Shown here piece after piece: positions 40,301 to 50,705 of a stretch of 64,000 bases of DNA. Each line of letters begins with the position of its first letter. Within the stretch, counting starts at the first letter, position 1. Below the pieces are notes generated by a model. That model was not told the origin of the DNA and searched no databases. It was given only the letters and a program-made list of their open reading frames with translations. The DNA is from Eledone cirrhosa (Eukaryota). The stretch spans positions 26,536,001 through 26,600,000 of the forward strand of contig OZ024747.1 in NCBI GenBank assembly GCA_964016885.1, in the 5' to 3' direction. The position numbers were made by a program, and so were the translations under genes.

Positions 40301-40824
40301 AGGTCGAATCGATCGAGTAACCCCTTGAGGCTGCTACACCCCCCTCTATCGGGACATGCCCCTGCATAGTCCCAACGCGCATCTAGGATTCCATTCCAGT
40401 CCCCCACTAAAAGCAGGGAACGCGACGTTCCTAGAAAAGTCTCCAGACGCTGGAAGAAGTCGGCTCTTTCCGCCCCGAAGGGAGCATAAAGACCGACCAG
40501 TCTGAAAGCCCCGCCTTCACTGCCTCCGACGTCCAGCACCAGTAATCGACCCCCCGGGTCCGAGTGAACAATCTGTACGTCGAGAGTCAGACGTTTATCC
40601 AGCAGTACGGCAACTCCCCCCCCCCCGCCTCCGGGTTGACAGAGAGATGCGTGCATCTCAAAGTCATCGAAGGCGGGCGCCAGCTGTCTCACGCTGCTGA
40701 TCCGACTCTCGCAAACAACCATCACATCTATACTTTGTGACCTGAGGTCACTTAGAAGCTTTGCTTGCTTCCAAGCTGAGCCCAGGCCACGCGCGTTCAA
40801 ACAGCCAACTCTCAATTGATCTAT
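37384..40824 (-). CDS. Copy 3 ORF2: APE endonuclease, reverse transcriptase, C-terminal CCHC; probable non-ATG start
   Basis: Motifs VGCLNARGL, CESR, YAP, GDWN, YLDRFLV, SDH; FRPITLLN, DQSKAFDRV, QGCPLS, YADD, LLGVWF; CPRC..ETVAHALVHC. ATA at 40824 aligns with the ATG of copies 1 and 4. Confidence 0.95.
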   Translation of the reverse strand: MDQLRVGCLNARGLGSAWKQAKLLSDLRSQSIDVMVVCESRISSVRQLAPAFDDFEMHASLCQPGGGGGGVAVLLDKRLTLDVQIVHSDPGGRLLVLDVGGSEGGAFRLVGLYAPFGAERADFFQRLETFLGTSRSLLLVGDWNGILDARWDYAGACPDRGGCSSLKGLLDRFDLVDRFRLDCPTAPTWTWANRSGQSRSYLDRFLVRSKDRDVFSCPELIMVGYSDHKLVTCVVNLDRTHRQGPGYWKMNLSLPTKKDYRNRISSLVKMRLTGAIVNSRWWISLKREIRVSSIGYSKELAANRNRRERELTDKLEEAIRSGDVARVLATRTALSQFFDAKHEGCVVRSKIRALGNEGTKAVSWARVTEAKSGIKSTIRSLRDQDGRVILEPERMCETFQRHFARLFGGGGGPDGDVDFGPYLDGLPRLSSGEVECCERPITATEIGEALSQCSRRKSPVLDGLPYELYLAMPVLFSELLEAVYCNWQQNGRIPCSETKGVVTLVRKDESKGDDLSNFRPITLLNAELQILAKVLAKRLALVVGGLVGDAQTCAIPSRSIHDNLHLMRYIIERVGYEPGFGGALINLDQSKAFDRVDHGYLDAVLAAAGFGPVFRGWISAMHSGKIYSRIKVNGYLSEPFQITRSIRQGCPLSSLLYVLTLEPLLRKLELLRGIPLEPGLHKAVSAYADDVTVMVADASEIGAIATLLEEYERLTGAKLNQDKSVGLQLGTWRGKLMPLDGVVGRSTEGPVKLLGVWFGPDLQVEKNWGEVTSRVFALTQKWAKCKLSLKGRAEVTNAYIASVIYYRLTVVPCPKEKLTIMERMLFQFLWKKRPPMVRRSICCQHPSKGGLGMPWLLMRRHALRLRHLQVFLNGQPVWAPFVRRAFPQLVSLTELQSWVKQRPRKLGNWHTECAQALTAIWQADPTVSGESTSTFYRGLVASRGDDTLGESLGMEEDELASLFGRTFGPGPMDNFQRSLAWQCYRGALPVREKLYRHGRPGRDPAKKICPRCVRDEETVAHALVHCPGVADLWGYVERLLSRVAPIRLTAESVVNIKPPPPFRNEAEAVFLCVIAMMKEVVWWTRLKGLRSGDFLSGHHLVYFFRYHFGRRIRMEREVLGPRQFYERWVKEARMARVNGPSLYIVL

Positions 40825-42651
40825 TTTGGTGTTGAAAGTGAAGAAAGAAAAGCACTTACCTCTCCGGGTTGCGTAATTTCCATGGCATCAGGTGTGTTGG
40901 GTGGAGGGATGTTTTGTGGTGGTGTGGGGGTACACGTGTGTGGTGGGGTTGGGGTATTTGGAGTTGTGTCAGGGAGAGGGGCGGTTATGGGGAAATCTTT
41001 CAAGAGGACGCGATTCAACGGTTTTAAACAGGGGGGGCTCACGTCCCGTCTAAATTGTTCTTTTAAGGAACGATAAAGGTCCAGAGGGACCTTTATCATT
41101 TTTAAATGGGTGAAGTTCTCTGTTGAGATAAAGTTTGGCCCTTCGGTCTGCACCATAGGGTTATTGTTTATTAATTTAACCAGTTTTTTGTTTTCTTTAT
41201 TTATATATGTGTATTGCAACGTCTTTTTTTGTGATGCTGTCAATGTTTCGGAGAGGGGAGGCGCAGATTTATTTTTGTTTGTTGAGGGTGGGGTGTTTTT
41301 GATTGGAGTTGGTGTTTGTGTGTGGGTTATTTGTGGTGTGCTGGGTGTGTGTTTTCTTTTTTTTCTTTTAACTTGTCTGAAGGCTTCTCCTCCTTCTTCT
41401 TCAGAAGTTGGGGGAAACTCTTCAGCGCTAGGTGGGAGGGACGTGTTGTGTGGTTGTTTTTTTTGCGGGAGGGGTAGATTTGTTACTGTTTTTTTTATTA
41501 TTTGTTTGGAATGGGTTTTGTGGTGGTGGTGGTAATGTTTGTGTCGTGCTTGTGGTTGGTGATGGTGGTGGTGATGTTTGTGTTGTGGTTGGTGGTGGTG
41601 ATTTTTGTGTCGTGCTTGTGTTTGGTGCTGGTGGTGGTGATGTTTGTGTTGTGTTTGTGGTTGGTGGTGTCTGTATTTTGTTTGCTGTGTGTGGTATTAG
41701 TGTATTTTTGGAGGTGGGTGGTGTTGGTGTACTGTTTGTGGTGGGTGTGGGCAATAGTCCTTTTTGGGGGATACGTTTCGGGCAGTTAGCCTTAACGTGT
41801 CCCCTTTCCATGCATAAATAGCATGCTGGTCTTCTCCCCTCTACAATTATGTCTATTGGGGTAAGGTCATCCAGCCAGATGCGATCCGGGATTTGTGCTA
41901 TTCTTTCGGGCCTCATTTGGACTAGTATGTCGAGGCCCATTCCCAGGAACGCATCTCCAGTTGCCTTCCCTATTGACAGCATAGTGTCTTCGCCCATATC
42001 AATGAAGCCAGCAATAGCCCACCAGAAGTCCATTGTGGGCAGCATTGTTTTTACTTTTACTCTCTGTGTTCTTCTACCCATGTAGGAGGGATAGAAGCTA
42101 TATGTTGTCGACGAGAGTGGGCTTAGGGAAAGCTTCTCCGCCGTTTCTTTGTCTCTTGTTAGGACCGAAATGCTGCCATAGAGTCGGTCCTTTCGTATGA
42201 AGAGAATATTCTTCATATAGTCTTTTAGGACTAACTCTATTTCCATTTGGCTGGGCTGTGATGGCTTTCTTGTCTGGTTCAGTATAGTTCTGTATAGAAC
42301 TGTGTTTTCTGCTCTGGCTTTCTTGAATTCTGGGGGGGAGTTAATGGAAAACATTCCGTTCTCCCCCAAAACAATGTGTTTCTTTGCTTCGGCCAGTTTT
42401 TCTCTGGCGGCAGTTAGGTCAATTGGTGTGTATGTAATGGATTGTTTTGTTTTCTGGGCGAAAGTTGCCCTGTCGTTATTTGTATTATTTTCTGTTTGTT
42501 TGTTTTCTGTTTGCTCATTTTCCTTAACATTTGTTTTTTCATTTTGTTTGTTTGTTTCAATGTCTAATTTTGTTGTAATTATTTTTTGTTCTTCAGACTT
42601 GGGGGGCGTGGCAGAGCTAATGGCAGACATGTCTGCCATCTTTTCCGCCAT
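40821..42651 (-). CDS. Copy 3 ORF1 (CCHC gag-like), split at an A8 run (41457-41464)
   Basis: ORFs 41428..42678 and 40821..41243 are near identical to copy 2 ORF1. Confidence 0.85.
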
Positions 42652-42855
42652 GCTGCCAAGAAAGAAATTTTTCGGCAAAAATAGATATTTATTTTACCCC
42701 CTAAAAAGGGGGTAAATGCAAAAATGTTTCCCTAAATAACAGGGGTTAGTGTTCCAAATGTGTTGCACTAAAAAATTTATCCGGTACTTACAATAGTAAG
42801 GGTAAATCCCGATGGAATAGCGGAGCCGATGCGAAGCGTGTCTTACTCTATCAAA

Positions 42856-42882
42856 ATAGATAGATAGATAGATAGATAGATA
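42856..42882 (+). repeat. (ATAG)n at the 5' junction of copy 3
   Basis: Read directly from the sequence. Confidence 0.93.
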
Positions 42883-43006
42883 AACACAGAGACAGACACA
42901 CAGCCAGACAGACAGACGGCAATAATTAGTTAACAACAATAACATCGTTGCCACAAAACACTGCTACCACCACTACTACTACTAATAATAATAATAATAC
43001 TAATAA

Positions 43007-43193
43007 CTGTTTCTACTTTTGGCACAATGCCAGCAATTATCACAGTGTATTACTGGTACTTTATTTTATCGACCCCGTAAGGATGAAAGGCAAAGTTAAC
43101 CTCGGCGGGATTTGAACTCAGACCATAAAGGGCCGTAACTCTATATTGCAAAGCATGGCGTCCGACCCTCTACCGATACTGCCAATTCACCGT
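43007..43193 (-). mobile_element. tRNA-derived SINE, full length
   Basis: Reverse complement closely matches 11220-11406. Confidence 0.85.
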
Positions 43194-43864
43194 CCTCTTA
43201 CTAATAACAGTACGGTGGTGTGGAATTTGCACAATCGTAAGAGCCTTGGATTAAATGCTTTGGTATTTATTCCAATTCCCGACATTCTGAGTTCAAATGT
43301 TAAGGTAAAGTTTGCTTTTCATCCTTTCGAGGTCAGGTGTTCAGATAAAGAGTTCAAATCCTCACCATCTGTTACCGGAAAAGTGGTATGCCAAGAATTA
43401 CAACCGACAGGTAATATCAGCAATGGAAAGACCAAGGGAAACATACTTTCTGTGGTCTGATCTGACAATCAATTTCTTTCCTACCACTACTACTACTACT
43501 GCTTCTGCTGCTGCTCTGCTACTACTGCTGCTGCTGCTGCTGCTACTACTACTGCTATTACTACTGCTACTACTACTACTACTACTAACACCACAATCAC
43601 GACCGAGCCAAGGGGAGAGTTTCTAGGTCATTTTCCAAACTGTGTGCCTCGGCAGACAGTTGCACCCACAAGATGTAATTAGGTGTGCTGCGGAAGAGCA
43701 AGATTCTATTTCAAAATATGAAAAATACAAATTAAATCTCGTAATAAAGTTCATATATAACAGTTAAAGTGGGAAATAATTTAACTAAGAATGAAAACAT
43801 TGCTAAAGATAATACCAAACGCATGTTTCCCATTGATGTATGCATGACTTGCATGATACCGTAA

Positions 43865-44185
43865 CTCCTGGTGGTGTCGTAGGGGCGCCATATTTAGATA
43901 GGCCTTTCTAGGGGGGGGTTTAACCTAGTGGAGCCCATCGCTTCTCCAGGTGTGAATACAACATATTTCTTCCAGAGAAGGATAGAGAGACTGAGAGAAA
44001 GAAAGTGAAAAAGAGATATATAGGAAGAATCGACCCCGGGTACTTGACTGGTACTCTATTTATCGACCTCGAAAGAATGAAAGGCAAAGTTGACTTCAAC
44101 GGGATTTGAACTGAGAGAGAGTTCAGAGAGCCGAAACAAATGCTGCAAAACATACTATCCGACGTTCTGACGACTGCCAATTCGA
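43865..44185 (-). mobile_element. SINE with long distinct 3' tail
   Basis: SINE core (TTTATCGACCTCGAAAG.ATGAAAGGCAAAG) joined to the tail shared with 10896 and 57640. Confidence 0.68.
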
Positions 44186-44234
44186 TGCCTTCTTATTGAT
44201 ACTTTACTCTATTTATTGACCAAAGGTGAAAGTA

Positions 44235-44664
44235 GAGGGTGGTCCGAAAGTCTTGTCACCCTCTACCAAAAAGTAATGAGAAACAGTTTATGTTCCCATC
44301 GCAGTATCGTCCTCTTCGGAGGAGCTGGTTTGCCGAATCTTGCAGTGAAGTCATGCCACACATCCTCCATGCTCTTGCCAGAATACACACGATCATGTGT
44401 TCATACACTTGCAAGCAGCCTCTCTTCCAAACTGTAGGAGCTCTGAAATAGAAAATTATATTATTATTATTATTATATATTACGGAGTCGATAAAATAAA
44501 GTACCAGTAATGCACTGGATAATTGCTGGCCTTGTGCCAAAAGTAGAAACAATTATTATTATATATTATAATTAATGATATTATATATTATATTATTAAA
44601 GCAAAAAATAATGAAAGTTAAAACAATATATGACAAGGGGTGACAAGCCTTTCGGACCCCCATA
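44235..44664 (-). mobile_element. Non-autonomous Tc1/mariner element with a remnant of the transposase N-terminal HTH and a nested SINE fragment (~44485-44555)
   Basis: 27-bp imperfect TIRs (GAGGGTGGTCCGAAAGTCTTGTCACCC / GGGTGACAAGCCTTTCGGACCCCCATA) flanked by TA; minus translation YSLEERLLASV*THD...FTARFGKPAPPKRTILRWEHKLF resembles a DUF4817-type HTH. Confidence 0.75.
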
Positions 44665-44984
44665 TATAATTTTGTCTGTATTTTTAATTATCTATATTTC
44701 TACTTTATACTGGGTTACTGTGTATAAAATTAGGTGGCGGACTAGCAGTCTTAGAACTTTGGAAACACTGCTTTTGTAGTGTTCATTCCGGCTCCCTATG
44801 TTCTGAGTTCAAATTGGACCAGGTTTAAATATCCAAGACATGTCACAGTGGCGCCCCTACATACATATAATGTGTATAAATACATTTCTTTTAAATAAAG
44901 TTTCTATATTGGTACAAAGCGTGGCCAAATATTTTCACTTGTTCTAAAGTGCGACTTATCTTAAGATGTGTAATTAACTTCTTC

Positions 44985-45195
44985 AGCTGAGTTTACACTC
45001 GCAAAGATTCAGCCTGCTCTCTCTAATCGTCCCGGTCGAGCATGACATTTCTCAGTTCATCGATTTTATCAATGTTGGCATCTCTCAGCAGGGTATCAAT
45101 GAATGAGACGGCCTGTCTTCCCATGCTTCTTCGTCCAACCGCCGGTTTCTAGAGCACAAGTTGTGATGTTATCTCTTCTGGTTGAGCAATTGTAG
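44985..45195 (-). mobile_element. 3' fragment of an RTE/RTE-X LINE
   Basis: Manual translation SQLVL*KPAVGRRSMGRQAVSFIDTLLRD...ELRNVMLDRDD*R matches the RTE C-terminal pattern LW.P..G.R..GR...(Y/F)ID....D...DR..WR, with both Trp codons mutated to TAG. Confidence 0.72.
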
Positions 45196-45930
45196 CAGGA
45201 GTTGCCTCCCTTGTTGTGACACTCACATCACCAATAGATTAACGCTCTCTAGATAGGAAGTAGAACCCTTTCTGTAACTTCCGTTCCAACCCTATAAAGG
45301 GAATAACTTTAAGCTCCCTATCTCTCATTTGCCTTTTCGGCTCCTGGTCTTCGGCCAGTCGTCTACGGCCAGGCCCGTTCGCCTGGCAACCAAACGGTAA
45401 CTAATAACTTTGCTTCATTCTCTCATCTATTCATTGACATGTCAACTATACTGTTCTATATATCCACAAATTGTTAATTAAATATTATACACACAAACCA
45501 CGTCTCTTGTTATACTTATACAACCCAGTATTATGTTATACAATTAAACATTTTGTGTAAAAATATTTGTTAAACAATAAAAAAAATACTATTTAATTTT
45601 TTGTGTTAATTTCTTATTTCAGTATCGCATTTGATGACGAAATTAACATTTTATGGTAAAAAATGAATTCATGTTTAAAAAAAAAAAAAAACTTGATGTG
45701 ATAGGAATTTTCTGTTGGTATTTCTAGACTCAGCACGATCATATTAGATAAAAACAGTTGTAAAAAGTTAAACAACTAATTTCTTTTCGAAAATGTTCCT
45801 CGGTGTTGTTTAAATTAAATTAGCTTATTGCGGCTCAGTGTTCAGATGAGGTTTGGATGAAACAATTGTAAGTTAATAAATGCTTTGAACATAGCTTTGA
45901 TTCTTGTGAATTCTATATAACTGCTCTGTA

Positions 45931-46036
45931 CCCGCCGAGGTTAACTTTGCCTTTCATCCTTACGGGGTCGATAAAATAAAGTACCAGTAATACACTGGGA
46001 TAATTGCTGGCCTTGTGCCAAAAGTGGAAACAGTTA
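45931..46036 (+). mobile_element. 5'-truncated SINE
   Basis: Core and tail nearly identical to the 11220 and 43007 family. Confidence 0.8.
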
Positions 46037-46168
46037 TTACATTGAGCTATTTATCTTACTGGTAATAAGATAGTAATTAATTACTGACCTTCACTGTTTA
46101 GGGTTGAAAATATATATAACTATAAAAAGTTTTAGTATATACATAACTATAAATAGTATCCTTAATAT

Positions 46169-46199
<31 letters not shown>

Positions 46200-46202
<3 letters not shown>

Positions 46203-46401
46203 GGAACGAGTAGGACCCCGACGGCTGAGCTCAAGCCGTTTCGACGGCTAATTCTGGACTGAATTAGCCAGAATTAGCCGTCGAAACGGCTTGAGCTCAG
46301 CCGTCGGGGTCCTACTCGTTCCTATTACCCACTCTACTACCCTAAGTATTGAGTACTTTGGTGCGTTATGGTCCATCTGGTTCCTTACCACATTTCCTTC
46401 G

Positions 46402-46402
<1 letters not shown>
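46200..46402 (+). mobile_element. Fold-back element in (TA)n, probable Penelope-like terminal-repeat remnant
   Basis: Perfect 58-bp inverted repeat (46200-46257 / 46268-46325) plus a ~77-bp tail containing TATTGAGTAC; GAAAC-stem-GTC hammerhead half. Confidence 0.65.
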
Positions 46403-46461
<59 letters not shown>

Positions 46462-46641
46462 GTGTGTATGTGTGTGTGTGTGTATAAATAGGAAGACACA
46501 AAGCAGCCTTTGTTTAGAAACGGCTAGCGAATTTGAAAATTAGGTAGTAACATGTGCTTACGCCGTATTTGGCTAAATAGAATTAGTTTGTTAGTCAGGA
46601 TTTAAAAAAACCCTCTGAATGGAAAAAAAAAGGATGAGTAT

Positions 46642-46712
46642 TGGCGTACATGGGACACAAACCCACATCTTTGGTTTGCCGGACCAATGTGTTACCATTA
46701 CGCCAACACGCC
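46642..46712 (-). pseudogene. tRNA-like sequence (Ala-GGC-like), probably a SINE head or pseudo-tRNA
   Basis: Acceptor GGCGTGT/GTACGCC-A, anticodon stem TTGGT/ACCAA with loop CCGGCAA, degenerate T-loop TTTGTGT. Confidence 0.55.
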
Positions 46713-46789
46713 ACCTATGTGCCCTTGCATTCAATTAGAAGCTATATAACCATAGCAGGTACGTATATATATATGTATATAAATAGAGA

Positions 46790-49220
46790 GGTGGTGGTAG
46801 TGGTAATGGAGGTGGTGTTGGTGGTGTTGTTGTTAGTGGTGGTGGCGTTGGTGGTGGTGATGGTGGTGGTGGTGGCGTTGGAGGTGGTGATGGTGTAGTG
46901 GTGGTGATGGCGATGGTGGTGGGGGTGGGGGTGATGGTTTTGGTGATGGTTGTGGTGGTGGTGGTGTTGGTATTGTTGGTGGTGGTGGTAGTGGTGGTGA
47001 TGTTTGTGGTGGCGTTGATGGAGGTGTTGGTGTTGGTATTGTTGTTGTTGTTGGTGGTGGTGGTGGTGGTGGTGGTTGTGGTGATGGTGGTGGTTGTGGT
47101 GGAGGTATAATGGTGGTGGGGTAGGGTGTGTGGCTGTGGTGATAGTGGTGGGGCTGGGTGGGTGTATTTTGTGGTGATGGTTGCCTCGATAGAAATTCTA
47201 AGTTACAATTCGTGTTGAAGGAGGGAGAATGCCTTCAGCTGGAATTGACAGGATATTTGAAATATCCAGAAGTGAACTTGGTATTGAGAGACCATGTCTC
47301 AGGTAGACAGCTAGCCTATAGTGATGGCTGGTGTGTTGAAGCAATGTCCATTATATTCGGAACATAGGTGGGGATAGTGGGGGAATAGTGATGGTGGTAG
47401 TGGTGGTATTGGTGGGGGTATTAGTGGGGGTATTTGTGGTGGAGGTGGTGGTATTGGTGGTGGTGGTGGTGGTGGTATTGGTGGGGGTGGTATTTGTGGT
47501 GGAGGTGGGGCTGGTAGGAATGATGGTGATGGTGTGTTGGTGATGGTGGTGGTGGAGTAATGTCTGCTTTAGCAATGAGAACTGTGCCTCAAGTAGGTAG
47601 TGGGGTGGTAAGTGGTGTAATGGAGTAATGTCCATGGCAGTCGGAACACGGTTCCATGTTGGAAACATTGCTGTTTCTTTCCATTGAGACCAAGGAAATT
47701 GCTGTTAATAATAATTGTTTCTACTTTAGGCACAAGGCCAGCAATTACTCAGTACATTACTGGTACTTTATTTTATCGACCCCGTAAGGATGAAAGGCAA
47801 AGTTAACCTCGGCGGGATTTGAACTCAGACTGTAAAGGGACGTAACTATGCTAGAAAGCATGGTGTCTGACACTCTACCGATTCTGCCAATCAACCACCC
47901 TGTTAATAATAATATTGGTATTGCAGCATCTAGCTCACAGTGATGAAATATTGGTGGTGGTGGTGGTGGTGGTGGTGGTGGTAGTCGTGGTAGTCGTGGT
48001 AGTCGTGGTGGTAGTGGTGGTAGTGGTGGTGGTGGTGGTGTTGCTGTTGGTGGTGGTGATGGTGGTGGCATGATAGTGGTCGGGATAATAGGGGTGGAGG
48101 TAGTGTAAAGGGGTAGGTGGAATTGGTCTCGGTGTTGCAAAAGGAAACACCTCGTTAAATGAAGCCTTCCTAAGTGTTCCCAGTCACTCAATCTTAATTA
48201 GAATAACACAGTGATGACAATGGCCATAATGGTGGTGGTGGTGGTGGTGGTGGTGGTGGTGTTCGTGGTGGTGGTGGTGGTGGTGGTGGTGGGGTAGTCG
48301 TCGTCGTGGTGGTGGTGGTGGTGGTGGTGGTGGTGGTGGTGGTTGTGGTGGTGGTGGTGGTGGGGTAGTCGTGGTAGTCGTGGTGGTGTTCGTGGTGGTG
48401 GTAATGGTGGCGTTGGTGGTGGTGGTGGTAGTCGTGGTAGTCGTGGTGGTGGTTGTGGTGGTAGTGTTGGTGGTGGTGGTGGTAATGGTAGTGGTGGTGG
48501 TGGTGGTAATGGTAGTGTTGGTGGTGGTGGTGGTGGTGGTGGTGGAGGTGGTGGTGGTGGTGGTGGTGGTAATGGTAGTGGTGGTGGTGGTGGTGGTGGT
48601 GGTGGTGGTGATGGTAGTGGTCATGCTGGTGATGTTGGCGATTACGGGTGGAGGAGGAAAAAGTCAGTGACATCGATAATTGCGATGATGACGATGTTGA
48701 CAGTGATGACGATGATGGTGATGATGATGAATATGAGGATGATGAGGAGGAGAGGGGGGAGGAGGGGGAGAGCAGGAGGAGGAGGATAATGATGATGACG
48801 TTAATGCTAGAAGTAGGTAAAGTTTAATGATAATTATGATGATGGTTTTCATGACGACAGCGTTGTTCATAAGGTTGGTAATACGTGCTAGCATCATCAT
48901 CATCATCGTCATCACCATCATCACCATCTTCCTCATCTTCGTCATCATCACCACCATCACCACCATCTTCCTCATCTTCATCGTCATCATCACCACCACC
49001 ACCATCATCACCATCATCACCATCATCATCATCATCTTCATCACCATCATCATTACCATCATCATCATCAACATCATCACCATCATCATCATAACCATCT
49101 TCTTCACCATCATCATCATCACCATCATCACCATCATCATCATCACCATCTTCTTCACCATCATCATCATCACCATCATCACCATCATCATCATCACCAT
49201 CTTCTTCACCATCATCATAT
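46790..49220. repeat. Interrupted trinucleotide microsatellite zone: (GGT)n, (GAT)n, (CAT/CAC)n
   Basis: Read directly; the poly-V/T/H/G/M ORFs are compositional. Confidence 0.92.
47713..47901 (-). mobile_element. tRNA-derived SINE, full length
   Basis: Matches 43007-43193. Confidence 0.85.
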
Positions 49221-49442
49221 TATAGGCATACCTATGTGGTTAAGGAATTCACTTCCTCACCATATGATTTCATGTTCACCTCCACAGCTTGGCACCTTAG
49301 GTATTCTACGACTGAAATTTGGTATATATTTATATATATTTTTAGGAACGATCGACTTTCGTCAAATCGGACCGAGGGAACAATGTTTCCGTTGGTCTTT
49401 CCAATTGCTAATACTATCTATCGGTCGCAACTCCAGGTAGAA

Positions 49443-49563
49443 GGAGCAACGTGAAATAAAGTGTCTTGCTCAAGGACATAACGCATCGCCTGGTCCAGGA
49501 ATCGAACTCACAACCTTACGATTGCGAATCCAATTCTCTAACCACTCAGCCACACGCCTTCAC
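49443..49563 (-). mobile_element. CORE-like tRNA SINE fragment
   Basis: Minus strand GGCGTGTGGCTGAGTGGTTAGAG...GAGTTCGATTCC followed by TCCTTGAGCAAGACACTT. Confidence 0.68.
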
Positions 49564-49631
49564 AAATATATATATTTAATAGAATAGAGGTGTAACCTGG
49601 TCAACTAACTTAATGTATATATATATATATA

Positions 49632-49971
49632 CAGTTGTGCCTCAGTATTCGCGATAGTTACGTTCCTGGAGCACCCGCGAAGAGTGAAAAACCGTGAATA
49701 CTGGACGTGGGCTATAAAAATGCCTATAAACGTCAAAACATAACGTCAAATATAAGCCGGAAAATAGGGTATATGGTTATTAATAGTTTAGCGTTAAAAG
49801 GCGTGAAAAAATATATTTTGCCACGAAAAGAGACCTGGAAAAAGCGGAAGATATTTACGATTCCGCGATAATGCAGTGGTTTCCACGAACAATTATTAGT
49901 TAGGTTCTGACGAAACATCCGCGAACAACCGGGACCGTGAATGTTGGGACCACGAATGCCGGAGTACACTG
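49632..49971. mobile_element. Tigger/pogo-type MITE
   Basis: TA|CAGT...ACTG|TA termini with imperfect ~21-bp TIRs and internal CGCGAA/CGTGAA subrepeats. Confidence 0.62.
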
Positions 49972-50124
49972 TATATATGTGTGTGGGTGTGGGTGTAGTT
50001 CATTTAAAAGGAAGACAAACACGAAGTACAATAGACACAATGTATGATTAGTTCCACGTTTTATCAGAGGCCGTGGAACTGGGGGAGGGGGGGGGGGCAT
50101 CCCTTCCCCCCCAAATTGGAGAGA

Positions 50125-50345
50125 TAGATATAGATAGAGAGAGGGGGGGTTGGAAGAGAGTTCCGGGTACCAGATATAGAGAGGGGGAGAGTTTGGTGTT
50201 AATTGATATAGAGAGGTGTATTGGAAGAGAGTTCCGGGTAGCAGATATAGAGAGGGGGAGAGTTTGGTGTTAATTGATATAGAGAGGGGGATTGAGAGAG
50301 AGTGTTGTACGGTTGATGTAGAGAGGGGAAGAGTTTGGTGATAAT
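50125..50345 (+). repeat. 71-bp (32+39) minisatellite with GATATAGAGAG subunits, left of copy 4
   Basis: Period 71 (50173 to 50244); the same repeat resumes at 56140. Confidence 0.82.
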
Positions 50346-50705
50346 GAATAGAGTGGGACAATTGATAGAGATAGGTGTTGGTGGATATAGGGAGGGGGAG
50401 AATTTGGCAGTGATGGATAGAGTGAGATGGAATGAGAGAGAGTGTTTGTTGTATGATAAATATATATTTCTATTTATTTGCCACCAGGGCATCAAAGATT
50501 GGGACAAATACAAAGGGGGGAGTTTACATACATTTAAAAAGACGTGTAAAAAACATATAACAAATTAAATTTAACAATCGATGTCCTCAATAGGGAGGGG
50601 CGTTGACATGGGTCGCACACACCCCCGAAAAAATGTGCAACCCTCCTCTTCAGAAGCACAAAGAGCGGGTGCTTCCTTCCTCTTCTCATTCTTCTCTTCT
50701 CTCAC

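Larger units (their letters stand above)
37152..42854 (-). mobile_element. Full-length L1/Tx1-type non-LTR retrotransposon, copy 3 (subfamily B) with intact ORF2
   Basis: Same termini as copy 2; uninterrupted 1143-codon ORF2; (GATA)n at the 5' junction and AATAGATA at the 3' junction. Confidence 0.97.

Noticed and set aside
40821-40859. 39-nt micro-intron GTAAGT...TAG/CAG between ORF1 and ORF2 (also 54141-54179)
   Set aside because: Very short for a metazoan intron, the AG is not at homologous positions, it is absent in copy 1, and in copies 2/3 it would not fuse ORF1 to ORF2.
4371-42854. Copies 2 and 3 as the ends of one composite element or a segmental duplication
   Set aside because: Identity stops at the element termini and the flanks differ, as expected for independent insertions of one young family.
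46642-46712. Functional tRNA-Ala(GGC) gene
   Set aside because: Degenerate T-loop and B-box, C at position 33 and an anticodon rarely used in eukaryotes; better explained as a SINE head or pseudogene.
46790-49225. Poly-His, Thr, Val, Gly and Met ORFs
   Set aside because: Translations of trinucleotide microsatellites.
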